A DNA stretch of 64,000 bases from Octopus sinensis (taxonomy: Eukaryota), in the NCBI RefSeq assembly GCF_006345805.1, contig NC_042999.1, positions 77,562,001-77,626,000 of the forward strand. The letters run 5' to 3'. Below, one piece after another: positions 23,728 to 37,500 of the stretch (the first letter of the stretch is position 1; every line of letters begins with the position of its first letter). A program made the translations under genes and the position numbers. Under the pieces are notes generated by a model, which was not told the DNA's origin, did no database searches, and saw only the letters and a list, made by a program, of their open reading frames with translations.

Positions 23728-23843
23728 ATGTCCACTATGGAAGAGGTGTTTACACCTGCAATACCAGTTGATACAACATTAGATAATAATTACGATTTAA
23801 ATATTCCTCCTATGACGGGGAATGAATACCTGAGGAGAGTTAG
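23728..23843 (+). CDS. GEMIN2: Gemin2 coding exon 1 (MSTMEEVFT...NEYLRRV, phase-2 end)
   Basis: ATG at 23728; donor AG|GTATGC at 23844; encodes the PP.T..EYLRRV motif. Confidence 0.93.
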
Positions 23844-26606
23844 GTATGCAATAATATACATACACTTCTCAGTATGCATTATTTCATTTTTTGTGTATGT
23901 CCAATTTTACCCATTCTCTCAGGATTGCATGAAACTGTGACACAATATAAAGAAATTGAGTTAAAAGCAGAAGACTGTTATCTAGTGTAGCCTTCCTTTG
24001 TTTTCATGAATAAGAGACTAAGAGTTATATACATACACATAACAAAGAAAGCACCTTTGTCTGTTCTTCAATCCGTCTGTGACCAGTGAGATCGATTACT
24101 GCAGAAAAAAACAGCAACAACAAAACAGAGAACACGAGCAGAGATAGACTGATATTCTGGAAGGTTCAATGATTAGTATGGGGCATAGGAGATGGGTAGC
24201 GTAGATACATTATAGGTGACAAGAATAGAGGAGACACGTGGTTCTGGGTGGCAATGGGACGAAACTATTAATCTTTTTCGAGAGATCTCTGTAGTAGCAC
24301 GACAGCTTTTCAGATAAATGTTAGATGTTTCAGTTTCTTACTATCATAGACCTCGATTTACAAAGCCTGATCGCTTGTTTTCATTGTTCAACCCCCTCCC
24401 CCCCGATGTTTGGCGTTGTTTATTTGACTGTGTAGCCGTATCATTCTTGTCTTTGTGGTAGCTAGGTATTTATTTATTCAATGAAGTTAAAGCCTACCAT
24501 AGCTGGAATTTAGATTTGAAATTTCATCTCAGAGTAGATATGTTACTCTGAAGATTTAATCAGAATCGATGACTTTTCACGTGGTTAATATTTTTCATTC
24601 ATAGTGATGTGGAAGAAAATCTTTGTTTGATCATCTAAAAGTACCTCTTTGAAATTTTAAGCGGACATTCACAAACTGATCGCCTGTGATTGTATGAGGC
24701 TGTGACAGGATAAAATAAAGCTAGAACACGAAGGCTTTTCGTTGATGTAGCCTTCGACCTGCTGGTTGTTTTGGTGTTTTCATTAATAACATTATTAAAT
24801 GCAATCCTAAATGCCACTATTCTAGATGGCATTACTGTCAGGATCTCAGAAATACATAAGCATTTTTGCCATAATGTAACAGTCACCATGGATTGAAACA
24901 CGTTCTCATTCAGCTGATGAAGTTTACTGTGAAAGGAATTTGATAGTTATCAGGTTGAACTATTATAAATAACGTCTCAGATTGAGACGTGGTATAATTG
25001 ATTGATTGATTGATTCTAGTTTCAGCTTATGAGCTGTGGCCATGCTGGGGCACCGCCATAAGTAAAATAAAATGCAATGTCTGGATCTGGAGGCTATAAC
25101 TTATCTTGTTCAAAACGTTATTAAATATAAATTTGATCATTTGTTAGAAATCAACACTCATTAATGACAAAAATAATGTATCTTCAAAGTATTCACCCTC
25201 AGTCTTTTTTTCTTTAGTTTATATGAGGGTCGCAGTTATCATCATAATCATTGTTTTGACATCTACGTTTCCATGCATGGGTCAGATGGAGTTTATTGAG
25301 GCAGATGCCACTCCTGTTGTCACCCTTCACCTGTTCCAAGAGACATGTTTGTGCAGAATATTGGAAATGTATGACACTGCTTGTATGACAGTAACACTCA
25401 ATTGCAACTATCATGTGATGCTTAGACAATGGGACACAGTCACACTGTACACACACATGATGATGTTTTTTCAGTTTCACTCTACCAAATCCACTCACAA
25501 AGCTTTGGTTGTAGTTGACCATGGAACTGAACCCAGAACCATATGGTTGGGAAGCAAACTTCTCAATCTATATTCACACTTATGCAGTGCCTTAAATTTT
25601 TTCAGGTTCTCTGAGATTGGTGCATAGGTATTAGTTTGATTTGGGTCTTATAGGTTTGTGTTGGATAGAAAATAGATACAGGGAAGAAACTTAAGACAAA
25701 TAAGTTTCAAAGGAGGAAGAATTCGATAAAATATACTGCTTGATTTGACTAAAAAGAAGGATAATGAGCAAAGGGTGCTAACTGCATTGCATGTGAGGGG
25801 GTTTGTTTCATAGATTCTTTTAAAAAATCCCATCACTCTGTGTGAGAAGTCCCATAACCCATGGGAATATGTTTGGGGCAGAAAGGATAAAGGAGGAATG
25901 TGTAAGATTAGTTTTGGTACTATTTAAAATATTAATACTTGGTGTTTAATATAAACAGTGGGAATTTCACAGGACGGCAGCCCACTTTTTTTTAATCTTA
26001 AAAGAAGAAAAAAAAAAAAATTTAGTATGAATAGTAAAAAGAGTGATGAGTGTAACATGTATGTTTGATTAATACCAATGAGGTATGCTGCAAATAAGTT
26101 TTAAAAAACAGTCTTCATTATACTAGTAACATAAACAACATACAGGATGTACTGCAGCAATAGGCAGGTATCTGAAGATTCTCATTGAGTGGAAGTTTTG
26201 AAAATATGAAACTGAGATGATTGTATTAATATGGTTATATTAAGTAGATGGACAATACTAGCTGAATAGTACTTTTTATGTTGTGTGACAATAAGCATGA
26301 TATAACACAAATTCAAGTCTTCAAATATTTTATCATCTACTTTATATTTTTAGTTTCTTTAATGGGACTGATTGAAGTTACCTCAAAATAAGCAAATGTT
26401 TATAGGCACAGGCATGGCTATAGGCATGGTTGTAGCTATAAGCTAGTAGTGGATGTGTGGTAAGAAGCTTGTTTCTCAATCCCATGGTTTTGGGTTCAGT
26501 CCCACTGCATATGGCACCTTGGACAAATGTCTTCTATTATAGTCTTAGGCTGACAAAAGTCCTGTAAATGAATTTGGTTAACAGAAACTGAAAGAAACAT
26601 GTTGCT

Positions 26607-26703
<97 letters not shown>

Positions 26704-29700
26704 ATGTGCATGCATGTGTGTTACTGATTCCTTTCTCCTTGCCTAGATTTTGCATGATAGTTATAAAATCGAGTGTCACTGTTATGCAAATGGGGTCCTT
26801 CATTTACAATCGTTCATGAACACTTGTCTGGTCATGAGGAAATATTTCCTTGCTTGGAAACAGGTAAGGTTGGCAACAGGAAGGACATCTAGCTGTAGAA
26901 AATTCACTTCAACAAATTCTACCTCATCCATGTGAGCATAGAAAAGTGAACTTCAAAACAATGATGATGCTTAAATTTGCAAACTCACTAAGTTTATATC
27001 ATAATACAGACATGAAAACTAAATTTATTGAGTTAAAAAAAATGAGTAGCATCTTGAATTTATTATTAACAATATAAAATTGACCATTTTCTCTTTAGGG
27101 ATGAAGCATTATGTTGTCCATCAGTGGTTGTTGCTAAATCATTAAACACAGAAGCTATGAATAGAAAGCAGAATGTCCATATTTTAGCAGTATGTATTCT
27201 GAATTTCTTGTCCACCATTTCTCACTTCAGCAAACTTTACTACATAACTCAGTCATATGTTAGTTACCCAATAGACTATTTCAATGTTTTTATGTATTGC
27301 AGTACAAGATGAAAAAACAGGATTTAGTGCTTTTTTTTGGCAAATTATATACAGTACTAGATTTCGTAATCTTATTGTTATTCTGGAATTCAATCTCTTG
27401 ATTGTTTGCACTTATCTTTGCCAGTGAGATCCACCTCTTGCATGTAATCTGTAGCTGGCTGTGGGCTTGGATACACTTAGAAAGTCCAGTTCACTGTAAT
27501 ATTTGCTACAATTCTCTGCTCATGACATCTTCAATACAAATGGAGAATTTGGGCAAGAGGTATTTTTATTATTTTTAGATATGTCAGTATCAAGAACCAT
27601 GTCATTGTAGTCTGTGTTGTGGTTTCTTCAGTATAAAAAAGGTAAAAGCAATACAGCAAAAACATGCATAGGTAGTATTTTGTAGGAGCATTTCTGTAAA
27701 AGTCATATATTTAAATAAAGCTGGGATTTGTAATTTTCTGATACTCTTGCCTTCCTAAGGAAATTTGTGTCATAAAAAAGCAACTTATATCAAGTGTTGA
27801 AACCAAGTTGTGTTCTCAACTCTTACTCTATAGTATTTGCCATTTGTCATTAACACTAATATTTCAAGAAATAACTTTGTAAAGTCTGTATCTACTTACT
27901 TTACTGGTAAAGCATTGTCAGGGAAATATTACTGGTAGTGTGTTACTGATTCCTTTATTGAAGTATTACCAACATTCCTTTACCAGTAATACTGGCACTT
28001 ATTTTATTGATTGGTGTAATGAAAGGCAATATTTGAATTTCTGACTAAGAATGTAAGGAATTTAGATTCCTACTCCTTTAATCATGTTGCAAATAGTTTG
28101 GCAAAAATAGTAAAGGACTAAATTAAATGGAAGGGCATCTTTGGCGTTAGGAAAGGCATCCTGGCATTAGGAAGGGCATCCTTGGTGTTAGGAAGAGTAT
28201 CCAGCTGTAGAAACTCTGCCAGATCAAGATTGGTGCCTGGTGCAGCCATCTGGTTTGCCAGTCCTCAGTCAAATTGTTCAACCTATGGAAAGTGGATGTT
28301 AAATGATGATGATGATGATGATGATTCAAAAGTTAGCTTTGTTCTCCTTAGTTCAGATCTCATCAGAGTTAACTTTGGTATCACTAACATAAGTGCCAAT
28401 GTGATACAAAGGGAAAATCCATCAACCAAGCCTCTGTATCTGAGAATTAGTTTTTTTATCTTATGTAAAAAAATCAAGGTATACAGAAATGATCATTATT
28501 AAATATAACTAATTTTGGTAGTGTACCCACTCGTTATTGCTTGAATAAAATGAAAGTTTTTTTATTCCTCTTCCTCATGTTTACTAATTTATCATTAGGA
28601 ATCACCTGTTTAAACTTGGAGTATTACTTATCAAATTTACCCTCCTAAAGTTTATATGAACTCTTTTTGAAATAAATACGTTAAGTTAGTTTTAATACCT
28701 TTAATGCAGAGAACATTAAGGTTTAACTATAAAAACAAGATATGTTAAAGAAAAAAATGATGACAGACAATGATTGATAAACATTCTTATATGCAAGTAG
28801 TGATGAATGCATCACTACATGTACAAGATTGTATATTTATATAAATATCTCATATTTGAACTGAGTTAAGGTTATGATTTTTTATTAATTATTAATCTTA
28901 TGGAAAAATGTTTAATATTTATATCTATACTACATTTTGATCAGTTTGATCTATGATCATTATTAAGTGTTTTACCTTTGTGTGTATACATAATACTAGA
29001 TTGTCCTTGAACTATCTATCTTGATTTCTAAACTAAAAGTCATAATGTTGTCATCTTCTTGGTCACTGACACTTGTTTAATAATATAACTATTTTAGGCA
29101 ATTCATATTTATATTTCAAAAAAGACATCCATATGGAACTGATATCAGGACTAGGATTTACTGATTGAGTTATTAGGAAGTGTTTTATTGTTTTTTTTTT
29201 CTTCTAAGTTTCCTCTGTAGTTCTCTACAAGTTATAGAAATTTAGTTCCATATTGATATATAATTTCCTTTCTTGCATCATATATGTTCATCTATTTGTG
29301 ACTTGTTTTCTACTCATTAAGGCTTTCCAATGTTGTATTCTGATTTTTAGGATGCCACCCAATTTCATCATCATAAGTAGTGAGGTTGGGGTTAAACATC
29401 CAACTGCATTTGGAACATCCAATGCAGAGTTCCAACAACCACAATGGTTAAATGTACAGAGGAACAAATGATACAAACTTGTGTTTATTCTAATTTTTCC
29501 TAAAATAGTTAGATATAAATATTAATCAGTTTTTGTCTTTATTAATAACCTTTATTAAAAGGTTATTAATCTGAAAAATTATATTTGTAAACATTATTCC
29601 TTGACATATTTAGATTTCATTTTTTTTTACCCTTATGTTCTTGAAATTCCCAGAAAGACTGCTGTCTTCCAGCACCAACAGGCTTAGAGCCTTCAGCTGA

Positions 29701-32700
29701 ATGGAATAGGAAACAGATTGCAGATTTTGCAAAAATCAGACAAGTAAGTTGTGTATCACTTATTTATGTTTAAAGTAAATTTAACAATTAAGGACAGGGA
29801 CACACATCATCATCGTTGTCATTAAATGTCTGCTTTCCATGCTGGCATGGGTTGGAGAGTTTGACTGAGGACTGGCAAGCCAGGAGGCTGCATCAGGCAC
29901 TAATCTGATTTATCCAGGTTTCTACAACTGGATGCCCTTCCTAATATTTTTTTGCTGCTATATTGAGACTCAGATCTTTTTTCAGTTCACTGGTCCTCTG
30001 TATATAGGCACTGGCATGATGGTGTGGTTAAAAAGCTTGCTTCCCAACCTTGGTTCAGTCCCACCTTACAACACCTTGGGCAAGTGTCTTCTACAATAGC
30101 ACTAGGCCAAGCAAAATCTTGTGAGTGGGTTTGGTAGACAGAAACTGAAAGAAGTTCATTATGTATGTTTGAGTGTGTGTGTGTGTGTATATGCATGCAT
30201 GTTTGTATGTTCCCTTGTCTAGATATCAATTGATTGTTGTAAATGAGCATCATTTATAATACAAGTGAGGCTGTTCGATTCCAGTATTCCATGGAAACAG
30301 GTCTGGCTATGGAGAATTATTACTTTGCTCAGAAAAAGTTGAGCATTAGCAGCAGGAGTGGCATCTGGCTGTGGAAATATAAGGGGACTGAGAATTGAGC
30401 CCTTATGGGCCCATACTTGTTTGTGGAATTTGTTTCTGAACTCATTGCTGACTGCACCTCTGTACATGGCTTTTACAGCCTTTATTAGCCATTCCTTTAC
30501 CCCTTGTGTCCTTAGAGATCACTAAACTACAGTGCATGGAACCCTATCAGAGGCCTTCTCAAGGTAACAAATGCTAGATATTGGAACTTGCTCTGGTGAA
30601 GTACTACTTCTGCTGCTGTCTCACTAGGAAGTTGACATTGGTAGTATCTCATACTGGCACAAAGCTGACTTGCATTCTCCTCTGTTTTCCACAAGTTTCA
30701 TAATCTGGTCCATCAATTTGATATTTCTGTAGTTGTCTCTAACTAGTGCATCTCCTTTACAATCATGTTGTTAGTTGACATTGATACTGTTACATCAGTA
30801 TAACTACTTCTTGAACTACTTAATTGAATATGCAAATGGCTTGCACATGACTTTTGCAAGATGTTTTAAGCACCTCAATAACTACTCTTATATGATCAGC
30901 TGTGTTGCCTGTGTTTCATATCTATTATTGCACTTGTGACCATACTTCTGTCAATTTTAGTGGATGCTCCCTCTTGAGATTTACTTAGAGTAGGTCCTCT
31001 CTAATCCATGTATTTTTTTAATATTCAACAAACTCTTATAATAACATTTCCATACTTCTTTCTTTTTGGTTTCAATAAGAGCAAGTGTGCTACTATCATT
31101 CCATATGCGCTTTTGCCTAATTTTGTGTCAATTCTCTTCAGCATACTACTTCATAATGCAAAGCACTTCATGTTTCTGATTCTCATGTCACAGAGCATAT
31201 GCAAATCTTTTACTTTATGTCTCTCTACATGTTAAGTATACTTATATATAGCTATTTATGGGCATGCATGTGTGTATCTACACATGAATATGCATTTTCA
31301 GTATTCTTTGTTACAGTTCCTTTTGAAATTTTCTACCAGAATTAGAATTTAAAATAGTGATCCCAGCCAAAGATGAAATACTGGAAACTATCTACTCTTG
31401 TCTAATTCTGATTTCTTTTATTAAGTATGTTATCCGCAAATTTGAAAGTTAAACCTAAAACTTTATGTACAACCATCATAAAGCTGTATCATGTCTTTAT
31501 TTCTTCTATTTTTACAATAATAGTTTTTTTCCCTTTCCAACTTCCTGTTACTCTCACTTTATGTATTAGCCTTTACTATTTTCCTTAGCCTCACTCATCT
31601 CACCACCCTTTGTCTTTATCACACATTTTCCTCAAGAACTGTAATCTTTTAAAAATATTGTGTGTTTATATTTAGATTTGGATTGATAAGCATGAACCTA
31701 ATGTATAGTAGAGGTATGTTTACAGTGTACTAAAGGCATGGATAAAAGGAAGGATGTTATCTTCTAAGTTTCACCAAACTGATGCCAACAGTTATAATGT
31801 ATAATTGTCTCTACACTAAAACAATGTCTATTGTATGTCTGTTTTATGCTGGACTGTTAGCAATATTGACATGACTTGTAGTATTATCAGTTGTGTTCCT
31901 GGATAAGGTGTGTCCATCTGTTTATTTTAGTTACCTACTTTACAGTGAAGTAGCTAACACTAAGCAGGATATCCTGATGTAAAACAATTGCTTCAGTAAA
32001 GAATAAGTACATTTTTCTAAAGCATCACTATCATGTTTATATTGATAAATAAAGAAAAAGTAACGAAAACAAATAAGGTATTCAAATTTAATCTGGCAAG
32101 ATGACAAAATAGGAGGAGAAGGAGTTTAAACAAATGCTATTATAGTTCTTTTATTTGTTTCAGTCATTTGACTGCGGCCATGCTGGAGCACTGCCTTTAG
32201 TCAAACAAATTGACCCCAGGACTTATTCTTTGTAAGCCTAGTACTTATTCTATCGGTCTCTTTTGCTGAGCCTCTAAGTTATAGGGATGTTGACACACTA
32301 TCATCAGTTGTCAAGCGATGGTGAGGGGATAAACACAGACACACACACACACACACACACGTACAATGGGCTTCTTTCAGTTTTTGTCTACCAAATCCAC
32401 TCACAAAGCTTTGGTCAGCCCAAGGCTATAGTAGAAGACACTTGTACAAGGTGCTATGCAGTGGAACTGAACCCAGAATCATGTGGTTGGTAAGCAAGCT
32501 ACTTATGACACAGCCACTCCTATGCCTGTTGAAATTATTTTGTTTTCTCTCTCAAATGAAGAGTTAGTTCATATCAGATTCCTTTTCTCCCCATGCCATA
32601 CATATCCAAACTACTATAGTAGAATGAAGTGACTTTGTGCCCTTAATACTTTGGTCTGTAGTCACATCATTTTCAGTTCAACCCCACTGCATGGCACTTT

Positions 32701-34210
32701 GGGTGGTAGACTTATATCATAGCTTTGTGTTCACCCATATTTTGCATGGTAAGTTAGGTTGACAGAGACTGTAGAAGCCTGTCAGATGGATTGTACCTGT
32801 GCATGGATGGTAGAACTAATACATTATCTAATTTAACATTATCATCATTCTACTGCAGGTTCTTGAATCAAGTCACTAGTTATAGGATACCCTCCCCCAT
32901 CTTTCCCTCTTGCATCAGTGGTGGGTGAGGGTGGCCTGCAAAAATCATGGGCACTGCCTCTCCTATGGGATGCATTGTAATTTCTTGACATATTAGTCAA
33001 CGGAATTATTGGAAACAGTACAGCCAGATAGACTTCATTCTCACCAGGACACTGGATAGACAGACATGATTGCTGTTGTGAATTATAATATCCTATCATT
33101 AATTCCTTTCTACAATAGTAAATAATAGATAGAAATATAGATATCTTATTTTGTATTGAGTACAAAAATGCAGCATAGTGTTGAATGACATTATAGATGG
33201 ATACTGTCTTTACCTAATAATAAAGCAATGCATCTTAATTGTTGGCCACCTGTGATTAATGGATTAGATGGCGAGCAGAATAAAGTTTGAATAAAAGCCT
33301 TCTTTGAACTGGTTTATGACAATTTTGAATATACAGTCTTTTCCTGGTGAAGAATGGAAGATAAATGCTGTATCAGTGGGAAAAACATAATTTGTTGTAG
33401 ATATGATATTTATTGGTAAGACAGGTGACTAATAAACTATGGGACAAAATCAAAGACATAAACTAAGGTAGACACAAGCATATATATTATTTATATTATT
33501 TGTGAGACAATTGACTGCAAAATAAATATTTTAAATTTTGATATATATCATCATCATCATCATCGTTTAACGTCCGTTTTCCGCGCTAGCACGGGTTGGA
33601 CGGTTTCGACCGGGGTCTGGGGAGCTCGGGACTGCCCCAGGCTCCAGTCTAGTCTGGCAGTGTTTCTACAGCTGGATGCCCTTCCTAACGCCAACCACTC
33701 CGCGAGTGTAGTGGGTGTTTTTTACGTGCCACCTGCACAGGTGCCAGAGGGGTCTGGCATCGGCCACGTTCGGATGGTGCTTTTTATGTGGGGGGGGGAG
33801 AAATATAGGGGAGCACCAGTGGGGAGGGGTGGTTCAGAGAAATGATGACAGGTTCTAGGCAAGTAGAACGTAGGATATCAAGAGAGGGGTAATGCATGGT
33901 GAAATAGCGTATTGAAGAGGGGGGTTCGAAGAGTAGACACCTATAATTGTGGTGGGAGAAGCGACATCCGGTATAGATGGAGCAAAAATATAGAGATATC
34001 CGGTATTGGTGGTGGGGGTGGGCAAGGGCGGGTGCACCGGGAATATGACGGGCTGGCTTAAAAATGCTCTTAGCAAAGGAAGAGGGGGGATGGCAGACAA
34101 CGTAAAAGAGGGAGAGAGAGAAGGGAAATAGTGGAACCCCGCGAAAATGGGCTGCCATTGAAAAAACCCCTGTATGGAGAAATAATATGCAATACAAGGC
34201 GAAGCTGAAA

Positions 34211-34250
<40 letters not shown>

Positions 34251-34514
34251 GCAAATTTTCGACCGAGGATCAAAGGGACAATACTAATACTAATAATAAT
34301 AGTAATAATAATAAATAATAAACAGCTCAACCACAACATTAGATTAGAAAGACTCTCTTATCTTGGGAACATTTCGTTCTTCGGCCTGACACGGGAATAT
34401 GACGGGCTGGCTTAAAAATGCTCTTAGCAAAGGAAGAGGGGGGATGGCAGACAACGTAAAAGAGGGAGAGAGAGAAGGGAAATAGTGGAACCCCGCGAAA
34501 ATGGGCCGCCATTG

Positions 34515-34553
<39 letters not shown>

Positions 34554-37500
34554 TATATATGAGTTTTGCTAGTTTAACAATAATGAGCATTTTATATATG
34601 TTATTGATAGGTTTTGTTTTAGAATTCACAGCTTAATAAGTATGCTGTCATTCAATGGGATTGTGGGATTAAGTCCAAACATATGAACTTTAATCTAATA
34701 TGAAATTAAGGATCTAGTGCAATGTATGATCCTTTGTTAAAGTATTACCAAAATAGTTGTACTGTAGCAGAATAGTATTATAGATAGATTTTAACTTTGA
34801 TTTTCTTCCATACTTAAGATACTTTAAAGCATTATATACATCATTCTTTCAAGCATTTTTGTTTGTTTTAATTACACAGTCACAAGGAAAGGGAAAAGAA
34901 AATTAAACCAGTATTTTTTCATGGACACTTGTATGTAGCTGTTTCTGCATATGTTAAAGCACATTTGAAAATAGATAAAAGATAGAAGTAGCGGCAAGTA
35001 TATAAGAAAGCTGTTCTCTTTTAAGTATTACATATGTGAACTTTACTCCATCTCAAGAATCAAACACTTCAGAGAAAATACAATTTCAAAAGGAATAATG
35101 TATTCCATACAACTCTATGCACTTCCAATAATCTTATTGTTTTTAAAATAACCATAGAATTTCCATGAGTATTGCTAGTTTAACAATAATGAGCATTTTA
35201 ATTAATATTCCTGTACTTTATTACCCTGTCATCGCTATTATTTTTCTTGTATTATATAATTTAAGTTATATAAGTTAATCTTTTTGTTGTTGATTTCTAT
35301 ATTTCTATATTTTGAGAATTTTCCTTAACACTTTCCTTATTTTCATCTCTTCTAGAAACTCAATGAATACAAAAGTACACATGAATCAGAAATAAAGAAA
35401 ACGAGGCGAAAACTTGTAAGTTCTTGAGAATATTTAGTTTTGCAAAAATATTTTTTTATCCAGCGTGGAAGATGTTTGTAAGCCATTTAAGAACACACAA
35501 AAAACTGATAGATTCACTTCAAACATTTAAATTTAATTTGTGTCAAAATATTTTCATCGCTTTGAAACTGCGACCTGTTCACTGACAAAAGTTTGTGCTG
35601 CATCAAACCATCTTCCACACTGCAATTGTTTTTGTTTCAACACGCAATCTCAGATCAAGTCACTTGCTATGCAAGTACATCTCCGTAATATTTTTATTCA
35701 TTTTAAAGGAATAAAGAATAACTTGAGGCATGGTTATTACCAACTAAAATCTATTTTATTAACGTTTTGTAGATGAAACCTATTGATTCCTCTATATTAG
35801 TATATATGTTCTTTTTTCATCTTGTGAAAAAGTTGCTCTAAAGTTTTTTACAAGAAAAAAAAAGAAAATGCATGTTATTGTTTAAAATTTAGTAAATAAC
35901 TAGCAGAATCTCAAAATATGTGTACAAAGAAAAGTATGTATATCATTAAAAGGAAAACCATGAATACCAAAAGTTTAATTGCTTCATTCTTTAAAGTCTA
36001 TGTGGCTGATCACCCATTAATTTATGTTTAGTCACTGATTTTTATTGTGCTGAAATGTGGGGAAGTTATTGCAATAAAATGTTGAGCTCTATAAAATATA
36101 GGTAAACTAGCTGCAAGCTAAGTCTGTTTCATTGTTAGTTGTAATTATTTCACAACATTTGTATTGCTAATGTCCTTGAGAAAGGCATGAACATTGCACA
36201 ATCTCATTTTTGCTCAGATGTAAACCTGAGGCCATATGCTTCATTCAGTATTTGGAAATAGTAAATGAATTGAACACAGAAGTCTCACCATTTCTCTCCT
36301 GAAGTTGGTAAAATTAATCCCATATTAATGAACACTATTAAATATATTTGATAAGATACTGAGCTGGCAGAATTGATAGCATGCCTGGCAAAATGCTTTG
36401 CAGCATTTTGTCCAGCTTTAGGTTCTGAGTTCAAATTCCACTGAGATTGACTTTTACTTTTCATCCTTCTGGGGTTGATAAAATAAGTACCAGTCATGAA
36501 TTGGGGTCAATGTAATCGATTTACCCCTCCCCCAAACTTGCTGGCCATGTGCTAAAATGTGAAACCAATGTGACTATATTTAATAATGCTTAATGCATGA
36601 TTTCTACTTACTTCATCTGTATGTGAAAAGTTATATTCCTGATATAAATAAAATAATTCTTGATATTTGTACAAAAATATTACTTTGATGAACAACATTT
36701 TCTTACTTCCAGATGGTTTATTTTGAAGTATCTTGTCTTTGCCTGCTCTTTTATATGCACATATTGCATTTCAGAAGTTTCATACCCTTCACTTCATACA
36801 GTGGTAGATGGAAGTGTATTTTGGTGTATGATGTATTTTTAAATCAAAGGGAAGGTCATTTTTGTGGTATCTAGACATAACAGGGATTCAAGAGAGGGAT
36901 TTCAAAATAGTGTTCTGTATCATTATTTAGCATCATCAGAAGAAAATAATAGAATCAATGGCTTGTCTGCTAAAAACCTAATTTATCTCTAAAAGGCAAT
37001 TTGTCTTTTGACTAAACCATAACACAGCAATTTATCTCATCATCTTTTCTCAGACATGGAACACATCTGGATATAGATCAAGCAGTAACAGTTAAATCAT
37101 ACAATTTTAAAAAGTTTTCCTTTTTTCCTTTTAGCATGGTTTTTTTTTTAAAGCTATTTCTTTTTGACAGTTCATCAAGGGTTTCAAATCTTCGTACTCC
37201 ATGACTGATGGTAAATCGTCAAATTCTATCTCAATACCTAAAGGCTCTATATTACCTCTGAACAGTTCTTTTAGTTTACTATATCTTTCTTTATTGATTA
37301 TTATTCCTTTGATGTGTTCTGGATATTTCTCTGGTGGCAACTTAACTCTCATAACAGATTTGTATTTTGTGATCTTCCGTTTGATTGCCGTACTCTTGAC
37401 ATATGTGACCATATGCCATTTGTTCTTTCTCTTTTTTACATTTGTTTGTCTCAGCGACGGACGTGGGCTGTCTGAGCAAGTCATTCCTCTTGGTCCCTCT

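Noticed and set aside
23844-23940. Continuation of ORF 23728-23940 past EYLRRVR
   Set aside because: Read-through into intron 1; homology resumes in exon 2 after a GT donor at 23844.
24905-24945. CTGATGA...GAAA, a possible second hammerhead
   Set aside because: No convincing stem II, stem I or cleavage triplet around the core.
36358-36570. tRNA genes at SINE heads (also at 6305-6360 and 46437-46510)
   Set aside because: A/B-box-like motifs only; no complete cloverleaf, and each continues into a SINE body.
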